A DNA stretch of 64,000 nucleotides from Octopus vulgaris. Taxonomy: Eukaryota. Positions 41,396-55,872 of this stretch are shown here, piece by piece; within the stretch, counting starts at the first letter, position 1, and each line of letters starts with the position of its first letter. Made by a program: the position numbers and the translations under genes. The DNA lies in NCBI GenBank assembly GCA_951406725.2, contig OX597827.1, positions 7,316,001 to 7,380,000 of the forward strand, in the 5' to 3' direction. The notes below the pieces were generated by a model that worked only from the letters and a program-made list of their open reading frames with translations, ran no database searches and was not told where the DNA came from.

Positions 41396-41874
41396 CCAAA
41401 TTAGTTGAATACTAACTGAAGTGTCTCAGATCCAGCTGAAGGTACAACCGGCTGTCCTTCACATAATCCTAGTACTTAAAGCTATAATGAAGTTGTCTTA
41501 ATAAAAATGGCATAATGTAATTTGGAGGATATGAAAGCAGATTAGAATTTTGACCAAGTATTTCTCATATGAGTTTGCAGGGGATATAATTCATATGTAG
41601 CTACAATAAGGAAAATTACTTAGGGGCCCCTTCTGCATGAAACCAAATGCCAAAAAATGGTCTTAACATACTTAGTCATTACTGGCATAGCTTATGCAGT
41701 GGTATATTCTTGGTGAGTTAAATCTATTCATACATATACATATGTACATACAAACATACATACACACACACACACACTTATATATCAAAAGGATGCGTTA
41801 TAGTACTATTCCACAACCATACCAACAATCCAACATATATAAATATATTTATATATATATAAATACACACACAC

Positions 41875-41953
<79 letters not shown>

Positions 41954-42066
41954 TAATAAATATTAGGGAATAAATCCAAATTTACAGGGAAAAATCAGTG
42001 GTTTTGTCTCTAATTAATATAATATATATATATACATATATATACATATATATTTATACGTATGTG

Positions 42067-42145
<79 letters not shown>

Positions 42146-42152
42146 ATATATA

Positions 42153-42331
42153 CCGGAGTAAACACATAAATGTGAAACAAGGTGGAAAAAAGAGTACTCA
42201 AATACCAGTGGTAGAGTAATATGCTTTATTTAAAGCAGCAGAAAATTCAACAAAACCTGTTACTCTGATGAACGGGAATGTGAAACTCAGAGTAACAGGT
42301 TTTGTTGAATTTTCCGCTGCTTTAAATAAAG
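42153..42331. mobile_element. family H3 second copy, fold-back with canonical HHR core at 42265-42298 (+)
   Basis: Arms at 42224-42268 / 42287-42331; CTGATGA-acg ggaa tgt-GAAA-ctc a ga-GTA-acag. Confidence 0.85.
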
Positions 42332-42554
42332 TATCTATCTATATATATATGTATATATACACATGCATACAAAAGGTGATACAGCCTGCAAGAGCAGTAT
42401 GGATGGAATCATATGATGAAAAGAACATGGAATATATCAATGCATGTAAACAATGACTAAAAGTTTGAAAAGGATAAAAATTAGATAATTGACTTTTTTC
42501 TGGTTTTGTCTTATATTTTAATATTCTGTTTTACTCTTTTACTCGTTTCAGTCA

Positions 42555-42987
42555 TCACTGGTGATGGCAAAATTATGCCTCCATTCGTCTTCTCACGCAG
42601 CCTCACATTCAACATAGAGGCCTACATCAAGTGCCTGGAGGAGGTAGTGTTGCCCTGGGTGAAGAGGGTGGCTGATGGAAGTCCCTATGTCTGGCAACAG
42701 GACGCCACACAAGCAGCAGGACCCATTCGTGACTGTCAGACAAATTCTGTGACCAACCACATCACTCCTAACATCTGGCTATCAGACTGCAACACCCTTG
42801 ATTATTATGTGTGGGGTGCAGCTGAACGAGAGACTAACAAACTCCTTGTGACACCAAAGATGAACTGAAAGCAAGGATTATGGCCACATTCACCAACTTA
42901 AACAAGGAGACCAAACAGAAGAGTTGCTGGGGATTCCGAAGTCATCTTGAGGCCATGGTTTAAGCCAATGGCAATTTTATGGAATAA
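42555..42987 (+). pseudogene. Tc1/mariner-superfamily transposase catalytic/C-terminal remnant (maT-like)
   Basis: MPPFVF...YIKCLEEVVLPW...YVWQQD...DCNTLDYYVWG...(frameshift)ELKARI...FRSHLEAMV*ANG matches the QQD.AP.H / PD.NPLDY..W / RL..V..A.G layout. Confidence 0.85.
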
Positions 42988-43019
42988 ATTTACTTTCTAG
43001 TATTTCAAGATATTTTTAT

Positions 43020-43613
43020 GTGTGGTGAGCTGGCAAAAACCGTTAGTACACCAGGTGAAATGCTTATCTATATTTCATTTGTCACTACCTTCTGAGTTCA
43101 AATTCTATTGAGGTTGACTTTACCTTTCATCCTTTCATGGTCAATAAAGTAAGTACCAGTCAAGTACTGGAATCAATGCGATTGACTAAACCCACCTCCC
43201 CACAAATTCCGGGCCTTGTGCCTATAGTAGAAGGGATTAATTATTATTATTATCCATGCTGGTGGCATGTAAAAAGCACCATTCGTTCGTGGCTGTTGCC
43301 AGCCTCGCCTGGCCCCCATGCTGGTGGCATGTAGCACCAACCGTTCGTGGCCATTTGCCAGCTCCGTCTGGCCCCCGTGCCGGTGGCACGTAAAAAGCAC
43401 CATCCGTCCGTGGCCATTTGCCAGCTCCGTCTGGCACCTGTGCGGGTGGCACGTAAAAAGCACCCACTACACTCACGGAGTGGTTGGCGTTAGGAAGGGC
43501 ATCCAGCCGTAGAAACATTGCCAGATAAGACCGGAGCCTGGTGCAGCCTTCTGGCTTCACAGACCCCAGTTGAACCATCCAACCCATGCTAGCATGGAAA
43601 GCGGACGCTAAAC

Positions 43614-43647
<34 letters not shown>

Positions 43648-43870
43648 ATTATTAAGGCAATGAGCTGGCAGAATCATTAGCATGCCAGGAAAAAGGCTTA
43701 GCAGTATTTTGTCTACCGCTACATTCTGAGTTCAAATTCCACCATGGTCGACTTTATCGTTCATTCTTTCAGGTTCAATTAAATAAGTACCAGTTATGCA
43801 CTAGGGTTCAATGTAATGAACTTAATCCCTTCCCCCAGATTTGAGACCTTGTGCTTCCAGATTAGAAAGG
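43020..43870 (+). mobile_element. cluster: family B (43020-43240), family C (43252-43645, 4 array units), family B (43655-43870)
   Basis: Consensus blocks of each family, joined through (ATT)/(GAT) tails. Confidence 0.8.
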
Positions 43871-45014
43871 ATTATTATTATTATTATTATTATCATCATT
43901 ATTGTTGCTGTTATTATTGTTATCATTATCATCATAATCATCATTACCATTATTATTTTATGGTTTGAAAGATGCATCAGAGGTTTTCTTTCTTAAATCA
44001 CAAATAATTCAGTTCAGCTTAGAATCCATGCATACAAAATATTCAAGATTAACAAGAGCCTTAGGAAAATCTTCTTCCATCTACAAGGTCTTTTACAATT
44101 GATATTTTCTGGAACATGCCTATGTCTTTTCTTATTGGTGAATCTGTCAATGGCTTTATAGAAGTGATAGTGTGTCATTCCATTTATATCAATTACAAAT
44201 GGAATCATAGACAAATTTCTTACATGCCATAATGTTTTTCAAAATTGCAGCAAAGAGTCATTGTACGTCCTTAGCATTTCAGCAGCTCACCTCTTCGTAA
44301 CATTATAGCCATTCAGGATTGCCATATCAATTATCAAACCACAATTGTCATTTATTATATGAAAAAAGAAAAAAAAAGAAGCACATTATGTTTAGAGTGT
44401 GGCAGCGAAATCTTCAGTACAGAGTATAAAGGTTGGTTTGGGGTCGATGTTGGGGTTGGGTCGGTGAACTATCTGTAACGCTGAAGTGCTATAGGGTTTT
44501 TACATTGACATTTTCTAAGACTGATGCAGGTTTACATAAGTACCGAAAATAATTGAAATTGCATGCTCAGGTATCGTCGTCATTGTTGTTGTCATCATCA
44601 TCATCATCATCATCATCGTCATCATCATCACCATAATCATCATTGTTATCATCGACGTCATTATTATCACTATCTTTGTCATCATCAGCATCGCTATCAC
44701 AACCACCACATCAAAACTTCTACCTTCCTCCTCCTCCGCCTCCTCCTCCTCCTCCGCCTCCTCCTCCTCCTCCTCATCATCATCGTTATGATGTCTATGT
44801 TTCAATGCTTGCGTGGGTCAGATGACATTTGTTGAGGCAGATTTTCTGTAGCTGGTTGCAAAGTAATATTTTCCCGTACTCGTATAGTTGTGAACAGCAC
44901 ACAGGCCGGAGATGCCTTTGCAGAAGATTGCATATGAAAAGCACCGCTTGTATTATCGTGAGATTTATTCACAATCAGTGCATAATGTCTGTACAAGGGC
45001 ATCACAAACACACA

Positions 45015-45070
<56 letters not shown>

Positions 45071-45496
45071 AAACACTTCCAAGTATTTGGTGTTTGCAAT
45101 ACAAGGCAATGTATGTGTGCATGTAGCCTCCACACACACACACACACACACACACAGACAGACACACACACACACACAGACAGGCACACACACAGACACA
45201 CACATATGGACAAAGACAGATACACAGATACAGACACACAGACACACACACCCAATACTCACACATACAACACACAAGACACACACACACATTCCCGTTG
45301 ACAGGGCCACAAATATCAAATAAAGTATCAAAACACTTCTGCAAATTAAGACAGCAATACTGCAGCATTGCTTTCTGGGAGATATCTTATGTTAGTAGAA
45401 TAGTATTTTAACTGCTATTTCTAAATTGCGGTATGTGGTGAAGCAAATTCTGTTGAACCCTAATTATAATTATGCTCATAATTATAGAATTTTTGG

Positions 45497-45530
<34 letters not shown>

Positions 45531-45535
<5 letters not shown>

Positions 45536-45733
45536 TAATCCAAACAAGAAAACACAAAAAAACACAACAACACGAGGACATGGAACAAATATAGTATTAT
45601 TGGACGCTCAGGAAAGAAGGAAAGAAGGAGGGTTTAACGTTTCGAGCAGAGCTCTTTGTCGGAAACATAGGAGAAGGAAAGATCCAGAGAAGGGAAGACA
45701 GAGGAAAAAAATGGCCAACTGTACACACGAGGT

Positions 45734-45740
<7 letters not shown>
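45531..45740 (-). mobile_element. (TA)n-embedded H1-related element with HHR-like motif at 45632-45666
   Basis: Minus strand gttt-CCGACAA-a-gagc tct gctc-GAAAC-GTT-aaac, followed by the H1 ttcctgagcg motif. Confidence 0.65.
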
Positions 45741-45776
<36 letters not shown>

Positions 45777-46090
45777 CTATAGTGAGGTTTTAATGTTAGG
45801 GAAGTGAGCATATAAAAAAAGAAGGTTCCTTGACACATACCAAACAATTTTAAACTCATTTCTTTAATATTACATGAAATATTTCATCAGTTATAATATC
45901 CATGATTGCATTCTACATTCATTAATTTCATGTTTCTCTAACAATGTCATTATGTACAGAACTTACAATGACTGACATAGGTAACCAAAGAGTTAAGAAA
46001 AATTTGTTGAAAAGGTGCCAATTTTGAAAAATATTCTTGGAAGGAGTGCTCGTGCCCTTTACTCCCTTTTAGCTATGTCACAGAAATATA

Positions 46091-46520
46091 TTGGTTTGGC
46101 AAGAAGGAAATTTCGTTTTTTCGTAAATAGATAGAGTTACAATTTTTTTGAATAACTTTTGTGAATGTTATGATTTTTTTCCTTTTGACATTTGATAACC
46201 GTTACTTTTAGCTTACTTTAGAAGCAAATTGCACATAATTTTGTTTACAGCTGTTAGTTCAGTGTTAATTTTAACATGGAATGCAAAAATGAACATTTTT
46301 GCCATATTTTGCTTTTTTAATTCCGTAAAAGCAAGAAAGCTGTTGAGGCTCACAAAGAGATATGTGAAGTTTGTGGCGTTGATTGCTTAACAGAACGCAC
46401 ATGTCAGAAATGGTTTTTAAAAATTCTGATTTGGAGATTTTTCACTCAAAGATTATCAACGTTCTGGTTGACCTACTGAAGTTGATGATGACTGAATCAA
46501 AGCCACAATTGAATCTGATT
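46091..46520 (+). pseudogene. mariner transposon 5' remnant (putative TIR plus N-terminal HTH of transposase)
   Basis: ATG at 46276: MECKNEHFCHILLF*FRKSKKAVEAHKEICEVCGVDCLTERTCQKWF...GDFSLKDYQRSG*PTEVDDD, the mariner HTH pattern, with stops and a frameshift. Confidence 0.9.
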
Positions 46521-47376
46521 GTTTTTTTATGTGTACGTAGACCCTCACGTCGCCCGAGGTGGACGGGTATTAATGTGTGGGCATGCAGATTAAATCTACT
46601 ATCCATCAACAGTGGCAGTTCCTTCAACAGCATTCTGTGCACTTTTCTGACAGCCGGATTTTATTCCCATCCCTAGACAATGGTAAAAGATAGATTGACC
46701 CAGATGCCATATAATTAGGAAGCAAATTTCTTGATCATGCCAAGCCTCCTACTGCAGAGACTTAAAATCACATTGAATTAGATATGTGAACATTTGATCC
46801 TTCAACCACCTGCTCAGCATGTTAACTACTCAACCAGATGCAGCTTTCCTTTCAAACTTATTTGAAATATAATGAAAGTGAGTCTCTGTAACGAGAGATA
46901 CAGTTAGATAAGGACATTATCTTTAAATTTGAAATAATAATTTCCTTACTTTCAGGGAGAGATCTAATTGCAACAACACTGGAATCAGCTTTTACAGACA
47001 TATTTAGAATCTGCTATGATTATAGATAATTGATGTGTGAGTCTATAGAATTATTGCTCTAGCTACTTATGTATTTCAAAGTTAAAACAGTGTTTTGCAT
47101 AAAGCTAAAGCTTAATGCTGAAGAAATGTAAGAATACTTCTACACATATTCGACAACATATATGTAGCTTGCAAAATATTTTTATTATTAGGAGTGTCAT
47201 CATTTTCTTACCAATAACAATGATAATAATAATTGTTTCATATTTTGGCACAAGTACAGCAATTTCAGTGGGTGGGGATTAACCGATTATATCAACCCCA
47301 TACTTGAACGGTACTTTATTTAATCGACCTTTAAAGGATAAAAGGCAAAGATAACCTTGATGGGATATATATTTTT

Positions 47377-47417
<41 letters not shown>

Positions 47418-47881
47418 CAAAAAAACATTATACTTAATCAAAGAGATAGGCACATAGGGAAAATCAGGGCAGTTCATGAATACTGATTGCTTATTGAAAT
47501 AAAGGAAAATTTTTGGTCCTCATATAGCATGTCAGTTAAAGAAAGAAAGAAAGAAAGAAAAAATAAGGAGAGAAAGAAACTGAAGATGGCAGAAGAAGAA
47601 GAAGAAGAAGAAGAAGAAGAAGATAACAGCGATGGTTGATTTTTGAGTCTGGTCTAGATGTATAAATGTAGCTTAAATCTTGCAGCAGAAAGAACAACAT
47701 TTGACATATTGACATACAAGAACAGGTCATTCAAAATTCTATAATTCCTGGAATTCCTATAGTACAGAAGGCATAAATCCCCCATAATATACATACATAC
47801 AAATACACACACACATATATATGCATATATACAACATATATGTATATATATACACACACATACATATATATATAACATATA

Positions 47882-47930
<49 letters not shown>

Positions 47931-47952
47931 TATATGTATATATATATATATA

Positions 47953-47982
47953 CAGGGTGGCCCAAAAGTAGGTTTACCATTA
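47953..47982 (+). mobile_element. solitary Tc1/mariner-like TIR after (TA)n
   Basis: TA|cagggtggcccaaaagtaggt. Confidence 0.4.
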
Positions 47983-48230
47983 TTCAACTGTCTCTTTTGC
48001 ATTCATATATTAACAGTTCAAATCTTAATCATAAAAAAATATGAAATAGGTGGTGCTATTAAGTACCAGGTGGTGCTATTAAGTTAGACATGGCCTGGGC
48101 CAATAATGGCCGAAACCTATCAAAGTACCAAAGTATCAAAGTATGCTAATTTGGTTCCTATTTTACTCAGATGGACCCTCCTAGCCATTCAATGTATAAA
48201 AAAATCCTATTTTATTTTTAGAATCAAATA

Positions 48231-48314
48231 TTACAAACACCATCCATGCTGTAATTGTTTTTGTTTCAGCACACAATCTCAGATCAAATCACTTGCTATG
48301 CAGGTACATCTCCA
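48231..48314 (+). mobile_element. family H4 terminal fragment
   Basis: Reverse complement of 48742-48825 and 39728-39805. Confidence 0.75.
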
Positions 48315-48623
48315 AATATTAAGAATTATATTTAAAAAATAGTTAAGATATTTTGTGCATTGTAAAAGTATGAACAGAAATGTTTATGACCAGAAATGTT
48401 TACTTTTGAAATTTAAATTCTTTTCTTCTATTATTCTTTTACTTGTTTCAGTTATTTGACTGTGGTCATGTTGGAGCACTGCCTCAACAAGTGTTAGTTG
48501 AAGAAATCAACCCCAGGACTTATTCTTTGCAAGCCTAGTACTTATTCTATTGATCTCTTTTGCCAAACCGTTAAGTTACAAGTACATAAACACACCAGCA
48601 TTAACTGTCAAGTGATGGTGGGG

Positions 48624-48654
<31 letters not shown>

Positions 48655-48741
48655 CGACATGTGTGTGTGTGTGTGTGTGTGTATTTCTGTGTGGCTATTA
48701 CAAGTTTTAAAATTTATTTTCTACCAAAAAGAGTAATTTAT

Positions 48742-48914
48742 GGAGATGCACTCGCATAGCAAGTGATTTGATCTGAGATCGTGTGCTGAAACGAAAACAA
48801 TTGCAGCGTGGAAGGTGTTTGTAAGCCATTTAAGAAACACACAAAAGCTGTTCGATTCACTTCAACATTTAAGTTTAATTTGTCAAAATATTTTAGCAAC
48901 AAAAATATTTTGAC
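48742..48914 (-). mobile_element. family H4 copy with short fold-back and 12-bp TSD
   Basis: tgtcaaaatatttt/aaaatattttgaca hairpin. TSD agagtaatttat at 48730-48741 and 48915-48926. Confidence 0.85.
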
Positions 48915-50068
48915 AGAGTAATTTATCTATTAGATAAAACATAGAATGCTGAAATGCATACCAGACTGAAATATCTAGTGGAGTCGATATCTTTAACTAA
49001 AACTTTTAAATACAATGCTCTAATCATGAACATAGTCCAGTGACTGAGAGCAGTAGAAGTATAGGCAGAAACTTAAAAGAGCAAGTTTGATTTCCTTATT
49101 CAAATATGCCTTTGTTGTTGACGAAATCTTTAAAATTCCATATGTTCTTGGAAAGGCATGAACAACATGCACTCTTGTTTCTCTTTCACATTCTTCCATG
49201 ATAAATATGAGTTTTTGTATTTATATAATAAATCAATATTAGATGAAGCACACGTAATTCCGAACTTCAATTAAATTACATTATTCGATGATTACTGGAT
49301 TGATTACAATTAAATATTACTGGCTCTTCAATCAACAACAATCCCTAGGGTAAATACTTTGCCTGCCCTCCATCTTTTTTCAATGGTCGTCTTTCATGAA
49401 ACTGATGTCATAAGAGCAGAGTTAATTTCCTGCCTATTTAGTTGATAATGCTTAACTGAAGCAATGTGGAACGTATAAATGGTTTTAAGGATAACTTAAT
49501 TTGATCAGTTGTCTTAAACATCTCTTAAATATTCCACATTATGAGATATGCCACAGGAAAATTTTATCAACTATACAATTTGGCAATTAGCTAGATGAAT
49601 GGGTCATTCCCCATAGCATTTTCTTATAAAAGGTCTTAATAGAATTGAATTTGATAAGCTGTAGGTTGTTATATAACTGCACTTATCACTCCTATTCATC
49701 TAAGATACACACAACCACAGGATGAAATAGCTTAATAAGAAGCCATCTTAATTAGATTAAGAGTTAAGTGCTATTTCTTTTAATTATCACCTGTTTTAGT
49801 CATCTCAGACCACCGTGAGCCAATGAGGAATCTTCTATGTGGTCGTTCAATTTGCTAAAAATAGCAGCCAAGTCTCCTTCAAAATACACCTAAGACTTAA
49901 GATAAGTCTTAAGATAAGTCTCATGGTGCACTCTTAACTGAAAAAACTGATTGAATGGTCACAAATGGAATGTCTTTGATCATAGATCTGTTCAGTCAGT
50001 GCCTGCATAGGATTAAACAGTAACAATTTTAACTCTTCTGTCTTATTAAACAGTCTTAGAATAAACTT

Positions 50069-50477
50069 TGGCTGTGTGGTAAGAAACTTGCTTCCCAACC
50101 ACATGAATCTGGGTTCAGTCTCACTGTGTGGCACCTTGAGTAAGTGTCTTCTACTATAGCCTTGGGCTGACCAAAGTCTTGAGAGTGAATTTGGTAGACG
50201 AAAGTGAATGAAGCTCATTGTATATATATATATATATATATATACATATTTCTTTATTGCCCACAAGGGGCTAAACACAGAGGGGACAAACAAGGACAGA
50301 CATAGGTATTAAGTCGATTACATCGACCCCAGTGCGTAACTGGTACTTAATTTATCGACCCCGAAAGGATGAAAGGCAAAGTCGACCTTGGCGGAATTTG
50401 AACTCACAACGTAACGGCAGACGAAATACTGCTAAGCTTTTCGCCCGGCATGCTAACGGTTCTGCCAGCTCACCGCC
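50069..50477. mobile_element. family A 5' half (+, 50069-50222) interrupted at its TA tract by family B (-, 50247-50477)
   Basis: Consensus blocks of both families. Confidence 0.8.
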
Positions 50478-50821
50478 GTGTACTTCAGCCACTTTTTTTT
50501 AATTCATATAATATTAACTTTGTGTTGTAGTTTTTGCTTATGTTTAATGCCATGACATTAAAACAAAGAGTTAGAACACAGTTATGTAGCAACCATTATA
50601 TTATGTTTATACCACAAGCTGTGACGTAGAATTTTCTTTTATAGCAATCTACTTTTGATTAAAGAAATCAAATCAAATCAAAAATGAACTGTTAAAAATA
50701 ATTGCTATCCTAATTGAGATTTGATTAAAGTTTCATGCAGAATGTGGAAAGTTGGTGGGGGGGGGGGAGTCAGCTGAACGGCAACAAAAATATTTCCTTT
50801 TTATTTTGAAACTGATTAAGG

Positions 50822-50853
<32 letters not shown>

Positions 50854-51198
50854 GCCCCAGGTCAACCCTGATCAAAGAAACCTATGATCGATGGTATTCT
50901 AACTATTACCATGTTATATGTTTTTTTTTTTCTTTTTTGATGAGAATTTATATAACAATTATTTGTGTTTAAGTCTAGGTTTTTGGCATGGGTGTGTGGT
51001 TAGAAATTTGCTTCCCAACCACATGGTTCCAGGTTCAATTCCACTCGGTTAAGTGTCTTCTACTATAGCCCTGAGCCAACCAAAGCCTTGTGAGTGGATT
51101 TAGTAGAAAGAGACTCAAAAGAGATCCATTGCATATAAATATGTAAGGGTATACGTGCATGTGTTTGCGTCTCCCTGTCTTGACTTCTCATCATAGTG

Positions 51199-51540
51199 CT
51201 AGTGCATGCATATACAGCTGCGTGCATATGCACATACACGCGAGTACTGTCCAAATCTCCGACCAATCACATACACCTAGCTGGCATTCAATTGGCGTAT
51301 CAAGTTTCGAGCATTTTGATTGGGTTTTGGATAGAAAATTCGCAAAAAAGTCACTTCTATTGATTTTTTTAATGGCTTTGCTGGGTGACTGGGGAAATGT
51401 AAAGATGTGCACGACCACCCTTGGACGGTTTTGAATGACCATAGAAAGTGCGAGCCCTCTAACTGAAAAATTGTGGATTTGTATAAAGGACACGCACACA
51501 CACACACAGACAGATATTTTGCCGTTTATATATAGAGAGA
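51199..51540 (-). mobile_element. probable non-autonomous Helitron
   Basis: Minus strand starts a|TCtctctatatataaa followed by tctgtctgtgtgtg, and ends with a gcgtg..ca/tgcacgc hairpin then CTAG. The 3' flank base is not T. Confidence 0.4.
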
Positions 51541-52049
51541 TGAGTGCCACAATCATACAAGTAGTGTCAATCAGTTTCAATATTCTGCAAGAACATGTCT
51601 GGCCATGGAGAAATATTACTTTGCTTGGAAACAGGTGAAGGTTGGCAACAGGAAGAGTATCCAGTCATTCAAAAACTGCTCAAACAAATTACATCTGACA
51701 CATGCAAGCATGGAAAACTGGAAACTAAATGATGTTGATGGTAGTGATAATGACAATGATATCTAACAGGATGAATGGCCACATTGTTCTTGATCAGAGT
51801 CTTTCACTGAGAAAGGCATGAACACCACAGTTTCTTAAATATTCACTTCATTCAAAAACCTGTTTTGGTTGTCTTGTGGTAGGTACAGAGTCTTATAATC
51901 CACTGGTCCATAGAGTACCAAAATCTGTAATGTGGATTGGGTGGACACTTTCTTCTCTGAGCTATAAACAAGAGAAAAAGTTATGTTTGTCACAGCAAAT
52001 AATTGACTACTCATCCATTTTAGACTGCTACGACTATCTACAGAATTTT

Positions 52050-52345
52050 TGTGCTGGTGCCATGTGAAAGGTACCCAGGCCACTCTGTAAAGTGGTTGGC
52101 ATCGGAAGGACATCCAGTAACAAAAACCCAGCAGAAAGAGACCTCACCAGTGCTGGGGCCTTGTGAAAAGCAGTCAGTCCACTCTATAAGGTGGTTGGTG
52201 TTAGGAAGGCCATCCAGCCATAAAAAAAACATGCCAAAACAGAAAGTGAAGCTGAATACAGTTTTTTGGCTTGCCAGTTCCCATCAGGTTGTTCAACCCA
52301 TTCCAGAATGGAAAACTGATGTTAAGTGATGATGATGATGATGAT
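52050..52345 (+). mobile_element. older family C relative
   Basis: Duplicated gtggttgg...ggaagg.catccag block and (GAT)n tail. Confidence 0.6.
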
Positions 52346-54019
52346 GTAGTAGTTGTCTATAGCAAGGAGATAAAGACCATTTGGGAATTATCCGGACATC
52401 CACAATGACAGCATATGAATAGCCCACCCTTCCACCAGGGCTCCAACCTTTTAGCTCTCTTCCTACATTTACAAGAAACCAATTATGTAAATGTAAACTA
52501 TTTTGGAGTAAACTGAAAAGAATGCCCAGGAAATTATCTAAAAACTCCAAAGAGGAATTTTTTTAGGTTGGTGATTAGATTCTTTACTCAGAAGCTAATT
52601 CTTGGCGATGTGTGTGTCTATCAAAACCGGTAGGTGTCTCAAAACAGCATTTTAATTCTTTCTCACAACATTTCCCATCATGAAAACGTGAAATTTTTTC
52701 TTATTATTCTTTTGATAATATTATATATAAAACCTGATATTAATTCAGAACTACTAAACAATCTATTATTTTTAGAATACATTTTTTTTGTTCATCTCCC
52801 CATGATATACATGAAAGCATGTTCAAGCCCGATTACATTGTTCTACATATCTGCAATGAATTTAGTTGGAATTTCTCTCTTTCAACCTCGTAACTCATCT
52901 GTTGATGTTAAAACAACCTTATTTCACTAATAGCACAGCTTGATGATTTTCCACTATTTCATCTGCTGCTATTATTTAGCATTAACTATATTTGACAACA
53001 AAAATTTCTCTCCTCTTTTTCCTTTCATTCATTCATTCATTAAGTAATGGCTCATTGTGCCAGCACCTTTGTATTGCATGTATTGCACGAAAAGTCACTT
53101 CAAGTAACCCTCCATGTCAATAATGTAAAATGTGATGGGAAGAAGAGAAGAAAAGAGAGGAAAGAAAGAAAGAAAGGAACAAAAAAGAAACTCTGTTTAT
53201 CATTCTTGAACACTTTTCTTGAAACATGCCTCTGATAAATAAATCAGAGATTTTTAGTGAATGGAAAAAGCTGAAGTTTGTTGTCTCCAAAACTGTTAGC
53301 GTAAGATTTCTTTTTAATTTCTTAATGGTGTTTGCTTGCTATCTTGTGTATTGCACTCAAATATACCTCATTGTCCATTCTTTATAAATAAGGAATGGTG
53401 TTGGCCAGTTTAACTTGCCTTTAAATGTAATTCTCTTTGGAATGTTGCACCATTGATTGGTTACAAAGGTAATAGGGGTACAGCCTGGAGACATGTATCT
53501 TATAATAAAGAAATAAGGAAGTAGACAGTTTTTAAGACATCATGTTTTAGTAAATATTCTAATAAACAATGAATTCCATTGACCTCTTTCCTCTGCATCA
53601 TTGCTTTATTATTTTTTTAAAATCACTTTAAATCAATGTAGAGTACATATCTAGTTCATACTATATCTGTCATTGTTGTTTAGCCCTAGGTCAGCCGTGA
53701 CTGAGCAGACCTATAATCTAAAATGTTCCAGCCATGACTATTCCAACTTTTTTTCAGGCCTCGTATATCAAAGACTACATTGTCTTATATAGTCTTAAAT
53801 AAATATCTTCCTAAAGAAAGTAAGGAATAAGAATTGTCAACCACTTGAAAAATAGGCTACACATGTGTGATTTGAGGGAGATTGTTGTCTGCTATTTCTT
53901 GCAGGCAGAGTAACTATGTTGAGCAGTGGTTTCCCAAGTTTCTGTGACCTTGTCACCATATCTCCATATGCTTAACCCTATAGTGTTCACATTATTCTAC
54001 CAAAATTAATCCTTTTTAA

Positions 54020-54195
54020 CCCAATTGTTTTGAACTAATCATGCATTATCTTGTAGCTATGAGATTTCGATGAGGTTGCTGTTAATTTTTAAAACGATAT
54101 TGTAGGGTTGGTGTGAGAGACCAGATCTGGCCAGTTTGAACATAAAACAGGCAGAATACTTTTGGCCGGATATGGCCAGTTTAAATGCTAAAGGG
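54020..54195. mobile_element. possible piggyBac-type non-autonomous remnant
   Basis: TTAA|ccc ... aatgctaaaggg|TTAA; the inverted match is limited to CCC/GGG. Confidence 0.3.
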
Positions 54196-54683
54196 TTAAG
54201 GTACACCACAACCTTGTTTTACTTCAACAGAGAAAATATAAACTTGAACAGTAGCCGTCTCAAACTAATATTCAAGACATGCTAAGGTATCATGAAACTC
54301 TGGAGGAAACCACAGATGAAGAAACTTTCTCGTTTTACATTTAAGAATGGTGGGAAACAATTATGAAGTGACTCTTCACTATTTTGAGAATGTATTTGAT
54401 TCAGGATATTTATGGTATCTTGACTAATAATCATTATGTAATTATGGTATCTTGACTAATAATAATTCCCAATCATCTAATTCAGAGATATGTTAATGAG
54501 TGCAGGCATAGCTGTATGCAACTTTGTTACAATACAGATCCAAGTTCAAATCTCCTATATGGCATTTTGAGCAAATGACCTCTACAATAATCTCATGTAG
54601 ACCAATGACGCCTGAGCGGAATTTGGTAGACAGAAACTATGCAGAAGCCTATCATATATGTGCGTGTGTGTGTGTGTGTGTGT

Positions 54684-54720
<37 letters not shown>

Positions 54721-54838
54721 TGTACACACATAAACATAACTACACACACTTTGCTTTTCATTCTTTCAGAGTTGTTCAAATAATTACCATTTGAGCATGT
54801 GTGTGTGCATGTGCTTGCATGCACGCATGCATATGTGT

Positions 54839-54877
<39 letters not shown>

Positions 54878-55421
54878 CGTGCGTGCACATGTGTGCATTG
54901 CTAGAGCATTAAATAAAATGCCTTGTGATATTTGTTCTTATTCTCTGTGCTCTCATCTTTTTGGGGTCCATTTGGATCCATTGGATAAAATAAAATTGGG
55001 TACAATGGATTTGTGGAACTGTAAGAGCATCAGATTTGAAGTATTTGTTCCACTTCATCCATTGTAATGTGATTTCAAATCCTGCCATGGTCAATTTGGA
55101 TTCGTTCATCATCATCATCGTTTAGCGTCCGCTTTCCGATGATGATGATTGTATAATTAATCCAATCTCCTAGATTAAACCCAACACCTGGCACTTTTGG
55201 GACCTTTAGAAGAGTCTACTCTGTTGCAAGCATTCAGGTCTGATGTCTGATTCGAAAATACCATAATCCTTCCTTCCTAGCTGTCTAAAATGCTCAAATG
55301 GTACTTATTTCATCAACTCTGAAAAGATGAAAAGCAAAGCTGACCTTGGCGGAATTTGAAATCAGAACATAGATACTACTAAGCATTTTGTTTTGGCATG
55401 CAAACAATTCTGTCAGCTCAC

Positions 55422-55525
<104 letters not shown>

Positions 55526-55679
55526 TGATGATGATAATGATAATAGTAATAGAAGAGAAGTATGTGAATTCTTGTATTTGTGATTATCATGTACCTTATT
55601 TTGTACCTTATTTATATATAAAATACTACACTTAGCCATCATTTTTGACTGCATGGGGCCAGCGAGTAATGATAATAAT

Positions 55680-55872
55680 TTTAGCACAAGGCCAGTAATT
55701 TTCAGTGGGTTGGGAAGCTGATTACATTGAGCCCAGTACCTAACTGGTATTTATTTTATTGACCCTAGGATGATTAAAGGCAAAGTCCAACTTCTGCAGT
55801 AATTGAACTCAGAATGTAAAATGCCTGAAGAAATGCTACAATGCATCAAGGATTCTGCCAGCTCACTACCTT
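55680..55872 (-). mobile_element. degenerate SINE family B
   Basis: aaaggcaaagtc...gaactcagaa...ttctgccagctcac blocks. Confidence 0.7.

Noticed and set aside
43252-43465. CRISPR-like look of the family C array (palindromic ~24-nt repeat with ~35-40-nt spacers)
   Set aside because: Linkers are homologous to each other, the array is part of a dispersed element with a retroposon tail, and there are no cas genes in this eukaryotic context.
48089-48125. ggcc-aataat-ggcc-GAAAC as another hammerhead
   Set aside because: Stem II and GAAAC only; no upstream core or stem I.
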